NCBI GenBank assembly: GCA_964016885.1
Contig: OZ024740.1
Coordinates: 91,202,001-91,266,000 of the forward strand
Source of the DNA: Eledone cirrhosa
Taxonomy: Eukaryota
DNA length: 64,000 nucleotides
Reading direction: 5' to 3'
Shown here: piece after piece, positions 29,801 through 41,589 of the stretch
Numbering within the stretch: position 1 is the first letter of the stretch
Layout of the letters: each line of letters starts with the position of its first letter
The notes under the pieces: generated by a model
What the model was told of the DNA's origin: nothing
Databases searched by the model: none
What the model saw: only the letters and a program-made list of their open reading frames with translations
Translations under genes and position numbers: made by a program

Positions 29801-30465
29801 TAAATATGGTTTTATAAATATAGTTTCCATTTGTTAATATCGTATTTTTACTCCAAATAATTGTTGAGTGCGTTATATCAATTATAAAAATATTTGCTTG
29901 TTGTATCCCAACAATTTAAAAAGAACTTTTACATATATATTTATATATGTATATAAATATATATATAAATACATTAGACAATTATCAAAGTTGTGTTCAA
30001 ATCATTTAATAGCTGACAATCGTTTCTTCCAAAATCTCGTTTGGGATCATCGGAGCCTTGTCAATGTTTGTACATATAATTAACCTCTTATCCAACTGAA
30101 CAATAATATAGATACATATATATTGATGTTGTGAGTAACAGTTTCGTATTTACAGTGTGGAATGGATATGGCATATACTTTACGAGAGTTGTACACAAAT
30201 TGTACAACATTCAAATTCAAATTAAAAAACACAGAGTAGAATACATGCAACAGATAAAACAAGAGAATAGTCCAATAATTAAAGAGGCATTGAGAAATGC
30301 GTTTTGAGAAAGGAAGAGTACATTAAGAATACATATGCAGGCGTGCGGAGAGTGCAACTGCGTTAGTTATATATATGAGAAGGAAACAAGCAATGCTATT
30401 ATGCATATATAGATAAGTAAATACTGCACTCTAAGCAATATAGATGAGTAAATACTGCACTTTAA

Positions 30466-31941
30466 GCAGCTTGGCACCTGCAGAGAGAAGTCCAGCAGCC
30501 CGACAGCGTCGTTGGGCGCTGGACGTAAGGACCGGTTAAATTTCTCGAGGCCTGGTGCAGTGCAAACTTCCAGATGGAGAAAAACTGGAGCGAGGTGACG
30601 AACAGGGTGGCCTCTCCCACTCAGAAATGGGCCGAGAGAAAGCTGTCCCTGAAAGGTCGGGCAGAGGTGGCGAATGCGTTCATCGCATCCGTCATCTGCT
30701 ACCGCCTAGCCGTTGTGCCTTGCTCCGGCCCAACTCTGACTAAAATGGAACGACTCCTCTTCCGTGTTTTATGAAAGAGACGTGCTCCCATGATCAGACG
30801 ATGTATCTGCTGTGAACACTCATTGCGTGGAGAGCTGGGCATCCCGTGGAATCCCGAGGCTGGGACATCTCTGGTGCTTCCTTGGCGGTGAACATATGTG
30901 ATCACCGTTTGCCAGACGTGTTTCTCCGCAGCCCAACTCATTAATGGAGCGGCATCCTAGATAAGGAGAAATTGTAGGATAGCGCTTGGAAGATGGAATG
31001 TCTCCAAGCGCTCACAGCCTTCTAACAGCTAGTGGAACATCCATCGGCGTTCTATAGAGTACTAGTGGATGAGAAGAGTGACGTCGTTCTCAGGGAGACC
31101 CTGGGCGTCGAAGACGATCAGCTGTTCTCTCCCTCTTGAAGAGAACTTTCAGCCCGGTGCCTATAGACAACTTCCAGAAATCCCTGGCCTAGCAGTGCTA
31201 CCGAGAAGCGTTGCCGGTTCGGGATAAACTCTACAGGCACGGAAGTGCCGAGAGCCGAACCTGTCCGAGATGCGCACAGAGCGACTAACCGTTGTGCACG
31301 CACTCGTTCAGTATCCGAGCATTGCTGACTTGTGGAGCTATGTCGAACATTTGCTGTCACGTGTAGGACGGATACGGTTATCGACTGAGTGCATTGTGCA
31401 GGTATCCCCACCGCCCTTTTTTAAGAAGGGGGAAGGGCAGGCAGTTTTCATCTGTCTGGTGGCCATGGCGAAAGAGTTTGTATTGTGGACAATGTTGAAA
31501 GGATTGAAGACGGACACTTTCCTCTTCGGCGAATCCCTGATTAACTTTTTCAAATTTCACTTGAAGAGGAATATCAGGGTGGTGAGACAAGTACTAACTC
31601 CAAGTAAGTTTGTTGAAAGGTTGGTGAAAGTGCTGAGTCTGGTACCCGTGAATGGGCCCGCTCTGAGTATGCGCCTGAAAACTGAGGAGTGTAAAACTGA
31701 GAGAGGGCGCTTGACCTGCTGGTCAGGGTGGCCGTGGTCTTTTGTGTGGTTTTCGCCACGAGTGACACTCGGACGTTTCCTCCCTATTGGTGAATTGTTG
31801 TTGTTTGAATTTTTTCGATATTTCTATCTTCTTGTCATAACCTTTTTATACGGCCAAAACCTATTTGGTATCGCCCTGTAGCGTTCTGTGCCGTCTGTAA
31901 TCTTTTTCTTCATGTTAGTCCTTGTGGCCAATAAAGAAACC

Positions 31942-31975
<34 letters not shown>

Positions 31976-31977
31976 TT
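30466..31977 (+). mobile_element. Degenerate 5'-truncated Tx1-like copy (C-like)
   Basis: KWAERKLSLKGRAEVANA and VVHALVQ...FFKFHLKR fragments, then AATAAA and (ATT)n tail at about 31942-31977. Confidence 0.85.
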
Positions 31978-32386
31978 CTAGCAAGTTTGTTTAAAAGTGT
32001 GTGAAATTAGCGAGAACGTTCCGATTGAATGGAACCGCACTGAATATACCCTTGTAGTTTGAGTAGTGGAACAATTGAGAGAGGGTGCTTGCCCTGGTGG
32101 TCAGGGTGGCTGTGGTCTTTTGTGTGGTTTTTGCCACGAGTAACCCTCGGAGGTTTCCCCCCTATTGGGGAATTTTTATTGTTTGAATTTTAATTTTTAT
32201 TGTTTATATATATATGTCTCTATGTCTTTTTTTCTTTTTCGTTTCGTATATAAATAATAAAAATCATTACACGCACAAAACCCATATTGTACCGTCCTGT
32301 AACGTATTGTGTCGTCTGCAATGTTTTTCTTGATGTCAGGCCTTGTGGCCAATAAAGAAATCCTTATTAATATTATTATTATTGTT
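31978..32386 (+). mobile_element. Short 3'-end Tx1-like copy (C-like) with (ATT)n tail
   Basis: Matches the ORF2 end and 3'UTR of 55970-56311; bounded by ATT tracts. Confidence 0.8.
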
Positions 32387-34358
32387 CTTTCAGACTCAGT
32401 CATTGATGTTAGTTAACTGGAAAGTTTGTTGAAATGAATATCAAGCCACTACCTGCAGCCTCAGATATTCAGGACGTATAGGACGGTTCTTGCTGTTCCC
32501 AGCAAGCATGCCTTTTGAAGTGTTACAAAAAGCGGGGCGGAGCCAACCTCCCACTTTAAGTACTGGTATCGGTTAATGTTCTCCCTCTCCTTCTATTGCA
32601 CTCTCGTGTCGAATGGGCAGGTTACGTCTACAATCAGGCACGATCTTTTTTCCTTGTCCAAAACCACCAGGTCAGCTCTATTGTGTTCCAGTTTCTTGTC
32701 CGTCTGTATCCTAAAATCCCACACCAACTTCACCTGATCGTTTTCTATCACCGACTCTAGCTTATGCTCATACCACTTCTCAGAATGTGGTAAATTGTTT
32801 ACTTTGCATAGGTGCCAGTGGATCACCCTACCCATCACATCATGTCTCCAGCCGTTATAGTGAGTCTGGGCTTGGTGTTTACACTCGGATACAATGTGAA
32901 ACATTGTCACCTATCTCCTTCTCCACAGATCCTACACAGTGGGTTAGCCTCCTCCTTGTAAATCTGGTGTTTCAGCCACTTCGTTTTGAGGGCCTGCTCT
33001 TGCGCAGCCATTAGCATTCCTTCAGTAGTCTTTTTGAGGTCTCCTCTTTTCAACCAGTTCCATTTCTGTGGATCTCTAAATTCAGTTTTCTCAAAGAAGG
33101 CAATATGAAGGGATTTTTCATAACGGTTACTCTTTCTCCTTGTTGTTATTTCCTCCCTAGACATTCCCTGGTCTATTGTCCTCTCCTTCAATACAATTCT
33201 GAGCATTGGCTCCCTACTATCAGACACGTATTTGTGTAGGTTGTTTTTCTCCATCTCAACACACACCTCTATGCTGATGAGACCTCTTCCACCTTCAGAT
33301 CTCCTTTAGTAGAGTCTATCGACATCACTACTTTTGTGGAAAATGTTGTAGATAGTCAATAGCTTCCTAGTCTTCCTATCCATTTCTTTTTGTTCAGCAA
33401 CATTCCATCTCAGAATTCACGCACTGTACCTAATAATAGACACAGCTCGGGAATTTACTGCACTTATGGCATTCCTACTATTCAGATGTGACTTTAATAC
33501 GCTCCTTACTCTCCGAATGTATTCAGATCTTATCAATTCCTTCATTTTTTGTTCTTCATGTCATCAGCCTCCAGAACACCCAAATACTTGTATCCTACTT
33601 CAGTGTCAATTTCCTTTATAATCTCACCTGTTGGTACCTGGATTCCGTTGTTTCTGCTCATTTACCCCCACTTCATCACAAGGACTCCACACTTACTAAT
33701 ACCAAATTGCATAAATATATCATTGCTGAAAATACGGACAGTGTCAACAAGCACATCCAACTCCTTCTCACTCTTCCCGAAGAGCTTAAGATCGTCCATG
33801 AAGAGGAACTGATTGATGGTAAGCTCTCCCTTTTCCAACTTGTATCCTGCTCTCACCTTTCGCAGTATAATGGTCAGGGTTCAGGGCAAGGACAAACAAC
33901 AGAGGGGGCAGACTAGCTCCCTTGATGATACCTCTCTTGATCTTCACGCCTCCCAAGGATTCTCCAGCTAATGTTAACTCTGTTTTCCAGGACTTCATAC
34001 TTTTGCTCAATAACTGTCTGATGTTATCTGCCACCTTGAAGATGACTAGGCTTTTGGTTATCCAAGAATGAGGCACCATGTCAAATACCTTTTTGTAGTT
34101 TATCCATCCCATGGCAAGACCAGTGTGTTTCCTCTTGCAATTCCTCATTACCATCTTATCAATAAGTAACTGGTCATTTGTACCATGGGACTTCTTTCGG
34201 CAACATTTCTGTTGGTTCCGGTAACAAGTTGTTTGTGTGGAGGTGATGTTAGATTTCTCAGACATAATTCTTGTCAACAGTTTCCACATTACGGACAGAC
34301 ATGTGATAGGTCTATAATTAGTAACATCCTTACCCTTGATTCGGTCTTTCATTACCTG
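32387..34358 (-). mobile_element. R4/Dong-like element family 1, degenerate 5'-truncated copy
   Basis: NYRPITCL, LFMDDLKL, CRICGE and HNRADLVVLDKEKRSCLIVDV fragments; homologous to 34402-36470. Confidence 0.88.
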
Positions 34359-34475
34359 AATTATTATTATTATTATTATTATTATTATTGTTATTGTTAT
34401 TCCTTGAATCTCAGTCATTGATGTTGGTTAACTGGAAAGTCCGTTGGATTGAATATCAAGCCACTACCTGCAGCC

Positions 34476-37400
34476 TCAGATATTCAGGACGTATCGGAGG
34501 GTTCTTGCCGTTCCAAGCAAGCATGCCTTTTGAAGCGTTCCAAAAAGCGTGAAGGGGCCGATTTTCTTTAACCATCCCTGGAAACCTTTGGAGATAGTCC
34601 CCAGTGCGCCTATGACAATCGGGATCACTTTGACTTCATGGCAGTTCCAAATCCTTTTCACCTCCCACTTTAGGTCCTGGTATCGGTTAATTTTCTCCCT
34701 CTCCTTCTCTTGCACTCTCGTGTCGAACGGGCAGGCCACATCCACAATCAGGCACGATCTTTTTTCTTTGTCCACAACCACCAGGTCAGGTCTATTGTGT
34801 TCCAGTTTTTTGTCCGTCTGTATCCTAAAATCCCACAGCACCTTCACCTGACTGTTCTCCATCACCGCCTCTGGCCTATGCTCATACCATTTCTCAGAAT
34901 GTGGTAGATTGTTTACTTTGCACAGGTGCCAGTGGATCACCCTGCCCATCACATCGTGTCTCCAGCCCTTATAGTGGGTCTGGGCTAGGTGTTTACACTC
35001 GGACACAATGTGAGCCACAGTCTCCTCTCTCTCTCCACAGATCCTGCACAGTGGGCTAGCCTCCTCCTTGTAGATATGGTGCTTCAACCACTTCGTTTTG
35101 AGGGCCTGCTCCTGCGCAGCCATTAGCATTCCTTCTGTAGCCTTTTTGAGGTCTCCTCTTCTCTACCAGTTCCATGTCTGTGGATCTCTAAATTCAGTTT
35201 TCTCAAAGAAGGTACTATGAAGGGATTTTCCCTTAAGGCTGCTCTTCCTCCTTGATGTTATTTCCTCCTTGGGTATCCCCTGGCCTACTGTCCCCTCCTT
35301 CAGTACAGCTCTGAGCATTGGCTCCTTACTATAGGTCACGTATTTGTATAGGTTGTTTTTCTCCATCTGAACACAGTCCTCTATGCTGATAAGACCTCTT
35401 CCACCCTCAGATCTCCTTAGGTAGAGTCTATCGACATCACTCCTCTTGTGGAACATGTTGTAGATAGTCAATAGCTTCCTAGTCTTCCTATCCATTTCTT
35501 TTTGTTCAGCAACATTCCATCTCAGAATTCCCGCACTGTACCTAATAATAGATACAGCTAGGGAATTTACTGCGCTTATGGCATTTCTGCTGTTCAGATG
35601 TGACTTCAATACGCTCCTTACTCTCCGAATGTATTCAGTTCTTAACAATTCCTTCATTTTTTTGTTCTTTATGCCATCAGCCTCCAGAACGTCCAAATAC
35701 TTGTATCCTTCCTCAGAGTCAATTTCCTTTATCATCTCACCTGTTGGTATCTGGATCCCGTTACTTCTGCTCAACCTACCCCTCCTCATCACAATGACTC
35801 CACATTTACCAATACCAAACTGCATACATATATCACTGCTGAAAATACGGACAGTGTCAACAAGCACATCCAACTCCTTCTCACTTTTCCCGAAGAGCTT
35901 AAGATCGTCCATGAAGAGGAGGTGATTGATGGTAAGCTCTCCCCTTCCCAACTTGTATCCTGCTCTCACTTTTCGCAGCATAATGGTCAAGGGCATCAGG
36001 GCAAGTACAAACAACAGAGGGGACAGGCTATCTCCCTGGAAGATACCTCTCTTGATCTTCACGCTTCCCAAGGATACTCCAGTTGATGTCAACTCTGTCT
36101 CCCAGGACCCCATACTCCTGCCCAGCAACTGTCTGATGTTATCTGCCACCCTGAAGATCTCCAGGCTTTTGGTGATCCAGGAATGAGGCACCATGTCAAA
36201 TGCCTTTCTGTAGTCTATCCATCCCATGGCAATATCAGTGTGTCTCCTCCTGCAATTCCCCATTACCATCTTATCAATAAGCAACTGGTCCTTTGTACCA
36301 CGTGACTTCTTTCGGCATCCTTTCTGTTCGTCCGGCAACAAGTTGTTTGTGTGGAGGTGATGGTAGATTTCCTCAGACACAATGCTCGTCAACAGTTTCC
36401 ACATTACGGGCAGACATGTGATAGGTCTATAGTTGGTAACATCATTACCCTTGATTCGGTCTTTCATTATCAGAACTGTGGTACCTTTTGTCAACCACTC
36501 TGGCACCTCACCCGACACCAAGCAGTCATTGAACATGGCCGTCAGCTTCGGGTGGAGGGATGTTAAATGTTTAATCCAATACCCCTGCACACCATCTGGG
36601 CCTGGTGATTTCCAGTTGGTTAGTTTTTTGGCTTGCCCCTTAAGAGTTTCAACTGTGATACTCAAATCAGTCTGTTGCTGTGCCTGCTCACCGATCTCCC
36701 TCTGTACTGTCTCAATCCACCCTGCCTGGGCATTGTGTCTAACATCCTGCTCCCATATTCCTCTCCAGAATGTTTTAGCTTGTTCCGCCCCAGGGATCAA
36801 GTCGTTGCCTCTTTCTTTCCCCTCAAGCTGTCCAAACAGCATCTTCTGGTTGTTGTCGAACATGCGGTTCTGTTTATACTGACTGACTCTGTTCTCGTAT
36901 CGCCTGATTTTGGCACTCTTTGCTACAATGCGTTGCTTCAATTCCTCTATGATAATATTTAGCTTTTTACTCCTAGTTTTGTATTTTATTTCCAGTCTAT
37001 TTTTAGTGCCTATGTTTTTTAGTGTCCCATTCAGTACTGACTCAAGCTTTCCTATGTCATTTCTCATTTCCCCGATTTGCCCACTCAGTCGCTTCTTCCA
37101 CCACGGCTCTGCTCTTTCTTGTCTGTTGTTTCCTCTCGCTTTTATACCAAGTAGTTTCCTCACCGTATTTGCTGTTGCTTTGAGGATATTGTTGCACTGG
37201 TGAAGACTCCTCGCCTCAAGGTATGGGATGACTTTGTTTACCCTAGCTGTTGTTTCTTTTAACTTTTTCCTGTCTACAAATCTTAGGTTCATAGTTCTCC
37301 CACTATCATTGTTCAACTCATCTACCACTAAATTTAGGATGTCAACCGAATCTTGTCCTAGCCCGTCAGCATTCATCTCCTCAGTGGCCGTATCTCTGTT

Positions 37401-37868
37401 CCAGGTATTATTTATCTCAGTATTCAGATCATTGTCTGCTTCGGGTGGTTCCTCCGTTCTCAGGACCTCCTCACCTTCATTTCCCGCCGGCTCGCTTGTC
37501 TGGCATACTACACCCGCCATCTCCAAGCCATTCTCTCTGCTCAGTTCCTCCAGTTCCAGCTCGCTTATCCACCCATTAGTTCTTATTACCCGAGCCTGCC
37601 CGGCCAATTTTTGTTCATCTAATTTAAATAAACCAATCTCGTTCCAGATGTTATGCATCCGTCTCCTGTAGCCCCTCTCCTTGGGGTTACTTTTCAGGTA
37701 GCATTGCATAACAGTTCTATTCAATTCTTTCGTCCAGTTGGTTCTGGCCCCTTTCCTTCTTCTTCTTCCTCCAACATCAGCAGTATTTGGTTGACAGTCA
37801 GGTTCCTGCTGCTGAGCCAGGGGGCACCTGTTGGGTGAGAGTCTGTCACATGACGTTCTAGTTTCCAT
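34476..37868 (-). CDS. RT + CCHC + restriction-like endonuclease ORF (one in-frame stop at 35163-35165)
   Basis: R4-type N-terminus (RTNWTKELN..MQCY), WIDYRKAFDMVPH, GIFQGDSLSP, LFMDD, CRICGEREETVAHIVSEC, RHD, RPDLVV..IVDV..EKINRY. Both ORF parts are in one frame; the sister copy has Leu at the stop. Confidence 0.9.
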
Positions 37869-38438
37869 TTCACCGTTATTCGAACTGTTTATGTTCGATA
37901 TTTAAACACTCTTATCGAGGATTGGCGAATGTATGTTTACATAGCCATCTGTGGATCCGCCATCCCACTTGGCCCTTGTGTGGCATTATCACCACGCTGT
38001 ATACGGACACACATAAACAAACAAACACACGGGCAGAAAGGGCCCCAAAAATGAATAAGCATAAGTTTCATTGTAATGTAGTATTCGAATGTCTGACTTA
38101 GTTTTTGTTTTTTAAGTTTTACTTTTTCCCCCCTCTTCTCTGTCCGTCCGCCTGCTTCTCTCTTCATTCTTATTTTCTTTACGTTTTTGGGGTTTCTTTT
38201 TTTGTTTTTGTTTTTCTCTGTTTTTCTCGTTTTTTACTGTTGTTGCTGTGCTGCTTTTGTTGTTTGTTTTTTTCTTTTTTCTTTTGAGTCTATCTATATA
38301 TTTTGATGCCTTCCTCTTTGTTAGTAGTAGGAATTCTATAATGTGGAAGTGGTAGCCAGCAGAGACTGGCGGCGTTGGCGATACTGAGACAGTGGTGGTG
38401 GTGATGTCGATACCGAGGCAGTGGTGGCGGTGATGCGA

Positions 38439-39081
38439 CCGTATTACTGTAGTGATGGTGCTGTAGCGGTGGCAGCAGCAGTGAAGGAGTCAGGGGGTGG
38501 TGGCGGCGGTGATGGGATAGTGGTGGTAATGATGGCCGTAGTGAGCGGTGGCGGTGAAGGTGAAAATGCTGTTGTGTTTAGTGTACACAGATGATGGGGT
38601 GGGTGGTGTATCTAGTTTCTGGTGTTGGTGAGTTTCGCTGTCCTATATAGTGTAGCCAGAGGAGAGGAGGGGGGGGGGGGTTCTTCTTCTTCCATTTATA
38701 GCCATTTTATTTTTTTTTGGATATACAGTGTACAATACAAAGTTGAATATTTGAATATTTGAGCCGTATTACTGTAGTGATGGTGCTGTAGCGGTGGCAG
38801 CAGCAGTGAAGGAGTCAAGGGGTGGTGGCGGCGGTGATGGGATAGTGGTGGTAATGATGGCCGTAGTGAGCGGTGGCGGTGAAGGTGAAAATGCTGTTGT
38901 GTTTAGTGTACACAGATGATGGGGTGGGTGGTGTATCTAGTTTCTGGTGTTGGTGAGTTTAGCTGTCCTATATAGTGTAGCCAGAGGAGAGGGGGGGGGG
39001 GTTCTTCTTCTTCCATTTATAGCCATTTTTTTTTGGATATACAGTGTACAATACAAAGTTGAATATTTGAATATTTGAGCC
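38439..39081. repeat. Tandem duplication of about 320 bp in the 5' region of R4/Dong family 1
   Basis: CCGTATTACTGTAGTG...GAATATTTGAGCC occurs twice and is nearly identical. Confidence 0.92.
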
Positions 39082-39485
39082 TTATAACAATATATTTTGG
39101 GTCCGAATTTTTTTGGGGCTCAAGCCGGGTGCTTTACGTAGCATTTGTACTAAGAGTTGTTATTTCACAAATGATTTAAATATGTTAAACATTCAAAACT
39201 TACGGGAGCGATTTCATGACCTCCGTCACCTCGTGCGTCTTCTTCCCTTCCATTATTATTATTATTATTATTGAATGCCATGGTTGACGGAGGCTCGGCT
39301 CTGTAAGGTATAGTAATTTTTAACCGTTAAAACAATTGTAAATTGTTTAAAACTTGAACCAAATTGTTGATAAAGACACCCTCCTCCTCGTGAGAGGGGT
39401 CTTTCTGTCCGTTATTTGGCCCTTCGGGGTTAAATAACCGGTTATTGGGGTTTTGTACCCAAAATTTCATTTTAAACAGAAAAAC

Positions 39486-41555
39486 ATGGCTACGAAAAAG
39501 AAATTTCATACGTCACTCCCACTCATTCCGTCTTCTTCTTCCTCAATCATCACTACAGCAGATAGAAGATTGTCTCTCTCCCTCCCTTCTCTTTCGCAAG
39601 CGACGAAAGAAAAGAAAAGTCTCGTGCAAAGCGTGCAAGGTTTCTCCACGACGACGACGACAGCGACGAAACAGGTGTGCGGGAAATACGAAAACCCAGT
39701 TCATTCGTCTGACGTCAGGAATAATAGCAGTAGCAGCCGTAATAACAACAGCAACAGTGACAATGAAAACAACAGTAGCAGCCGCAACAGCATCACCAGC
39801 AGCATAAACAACAACAGCATTAGCAGCAGCAACACCAACAACAACCACAGCAACAGCGGCGGAGGCAGTAGTCGTAGTACCTGCAGCAACAACAAAAGTA
39901 CCAGCAGCTCTGACGACAACAACAACAGCAGAGAAAAACCAATCTCATTTGCAGGTATTGCGAAAAACTTGGAAACAATCCTCATAACAAATGAGGAATT
40001 AGAGGAAGCGAAGAAGATGGTGACAAAGAACGGACACCGAGCAATCTGCAAGGCAGCGAAAACATTTTTCGAAACCCAAGAGCACTGTACGGTCACGTAC
40101 CGTACAGTAAGTACAAAATCCCGTAGGGTGGAAAGAGCCACAGAGGCCCAAATACAAAAAGCCTTGGGGTCTGTGTGGCAGAGGAAAACGCACATCACCC
40201 GAGGCAAAAAATACGCCACCGTAGACGTACTTTTTGCCACACCCCAGGAGGCAAAGGCCCAATCAGTAGTGACCCTAAGGAGCGAGGAAATGGTGTTGGT
40301 GCCCTCCTACTGCGGGCAAAAAATTGTGAGGGTCAAACTGACCCACGTCCCCCCCGGAATGACCCCTTCTTGGCTGGCCGCGTCTGTCTTCGTCGGAATC
40401 GAGGACAAAACAACTGTACTGCAAGTACAGAAAAAAGTAAGAGAAGATTGGGTCGGCTCCTCCAGTGAGATGCTAATCAAAACCAACCAGGAGTGCATCG
40501 AAGCTATCCCGGATGTGATAGACTTCGATAACGGCACTCAACTGCCCATAAGTGTTGAGGGCAAACGCCCGAAATGCTTTCGCTGTGGATCGAAGACTCA
40601 CCTCAGGGCCTTCTGCAACGAGAAGACCCTGAGAAAGGAGAAAACCCCCCTCCTTCCGAATCCGGCTCCACAGCTACCAGCAACAGGACAAGCGGCAACC
40701 AGGAACGATAGGTCCGTGGCACCCATACCCACTCCACGGAAATCAAAGACAGCAGCAGCAGTGGAAATATTAACAACAACAACAGCAATACCAAATGCAG
40801 CTGCAACAGAGACACCAGTGCAAACATCACCAACAACAACAAGTGAAAGAGTGGAGCTGGTACCCCTCCCCGACCTTACAGAATCAGACATGGAGTGTGA
40901 GGTGGGAGAGGGATGGCAAAAGGTCGCAAGAAGGCACAAACGCAGAAGCAGCGCATCGTCGCCTTTGAAAAGGGAGGAAAGAAATGAGAAAAGGGTAAAG
41001 TCTACTGCAAAGAGACCCACAGCAGCAACACCACCAACACCATCACCACCCACACCAGCACCACCATCACCACCGGCGACAACCCCACCGCCAACAACAC
41101 CTTCAACACCACCACCACAAGCACCAACATCGCAAACACAACAACAAAACACACACACCCAGCAACAACGACAAGAAAATAGCAGAACCACACCCCACCC
41201 CCAGAAAAACAAATGCACGGCAATAAACACACACAACAAGAAACTAATGACTTACATAATTGAACACACAGACATTTCACAACAGGACTACATAATACCA
41301 GCACCAATCAAAACGCCAACTAACATAAGACTGCTAAAAATAGCACAGAAACAATACACAAACATTAAAAAGAAATTCCCCAACGCAGTTGGTGATTTCA
41401 GGGACCTAGGAGGAACCATCAATCGAAGAGTATATTCAGACATTCTCTTAGAAGAGCCGACAACCAGCCGAAGGGACGATTCAACGGTCCCTTCACCAGA
41501 CGATCAAGTGAAAAGGGATGTAAAAACCATCCCTCCTCTACCAAAAGTACGGTAA
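39486..41555 (+). CDS. Intact ORF1 of A (gag-like, CCHC knuckle)
   Basis: ATG at 39486; S/N-rich N-terminus; CFRCGSKTHLRAFC; P/T-rich linker; conserved C-terminal block. Confidence 0.9.
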   Translation: MATKKKFHTSLPLIPSSSSSIITTADRRLSLSLPSLSQATKEKKSLVQSVQGFSTTTTTATKQVCGKYENPVHSSDVRNNSSSSRNNNSNSDNENNSSSRNSITSSINNNSISSSNTNNNHSNSGGGSSRSTCSNNKSTSSSDDNNNSREKPISFAGIAKNLETILITNEELEEAKKMVTKNGHRAICKAAKTFFETQEHCTVTYRTVSTKSRRVERATEAQIQKALGSVWQRKTHITRGKKYATVDVLFATPQEAKAQSVVTLRSEEMVLVPSYCGQKIVRVKLTHVPPGMTPSWLAASVFVGIEDKTTVLQVQKKVREDWVGSSSEMLIKTNQECIEAIPDVIDFDNGTQLPISVEGKRPKCFRCGSKTHLRAFCNEKTLRKEKTPLLPNPAPQLPATGQAATRNDRSVAPIPTPRKSKTAAAVEILTTTTAIPNAAATETPVQTSPTTTSERVELVPLPDLTESDMECEVGEGWQKVARRHKRRSSASSPLKREERNEKRVKSTAKRPTAATPPTPSPPTPAPPSPPATTPPPTTPSTPPPQAPTSQTQQQNTHTQQQRQENSRTTPHPQKNKCTAINTHNKKLMTYIIEHTDISQQDYIIPAPIKTPTNIRLLKIAQKQYTNIKKKFPNAVGDFRDLGGTINRRVYSDILLEEPTTSRRDDSTVPSPDDQVKRDVKTIPPLPKVR

Positions 41556-41589
41556 GTGGTCTTTCCCATCTTTCCACTCTATTTTAAAC

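Larger units (their letters stand above)
28731..29842. repeat. About 1.1-kb inverted-repeat element (arms about 440 and 400 bp) with terminal hammerheads
   Basis: 28731-29175 pairs with 29440-29842. Confidence 0.9.
34402..39251 (-). mobile_element. Full-length R4/Dong-like non-LTR retrotransposon, family 1
   Basis: Single RT-RLE ORF, about 1.4-kb 5' region, short 3'UTR ending in (TAA)n; TAA tract also at the 5' junction. Assigning the whole 5' region to the element is an inference. Confidence 0.88.

Noticed and set aside
30405-30470. ATT target at the 5' end of the leftmost Tx1 copy of the large array
   Set aside because: This junction has a ~31-bp tandem duplication and no ATT tract, so it is an exception and was not counted as support for targeting.
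37900-38010. Possible HDV-like ribozyme upstream of the R4 ORFs (also hairpins at 49150-49225)
   Set aside because: Hairpins are visible, but I could not build the nested double pseudoknot.
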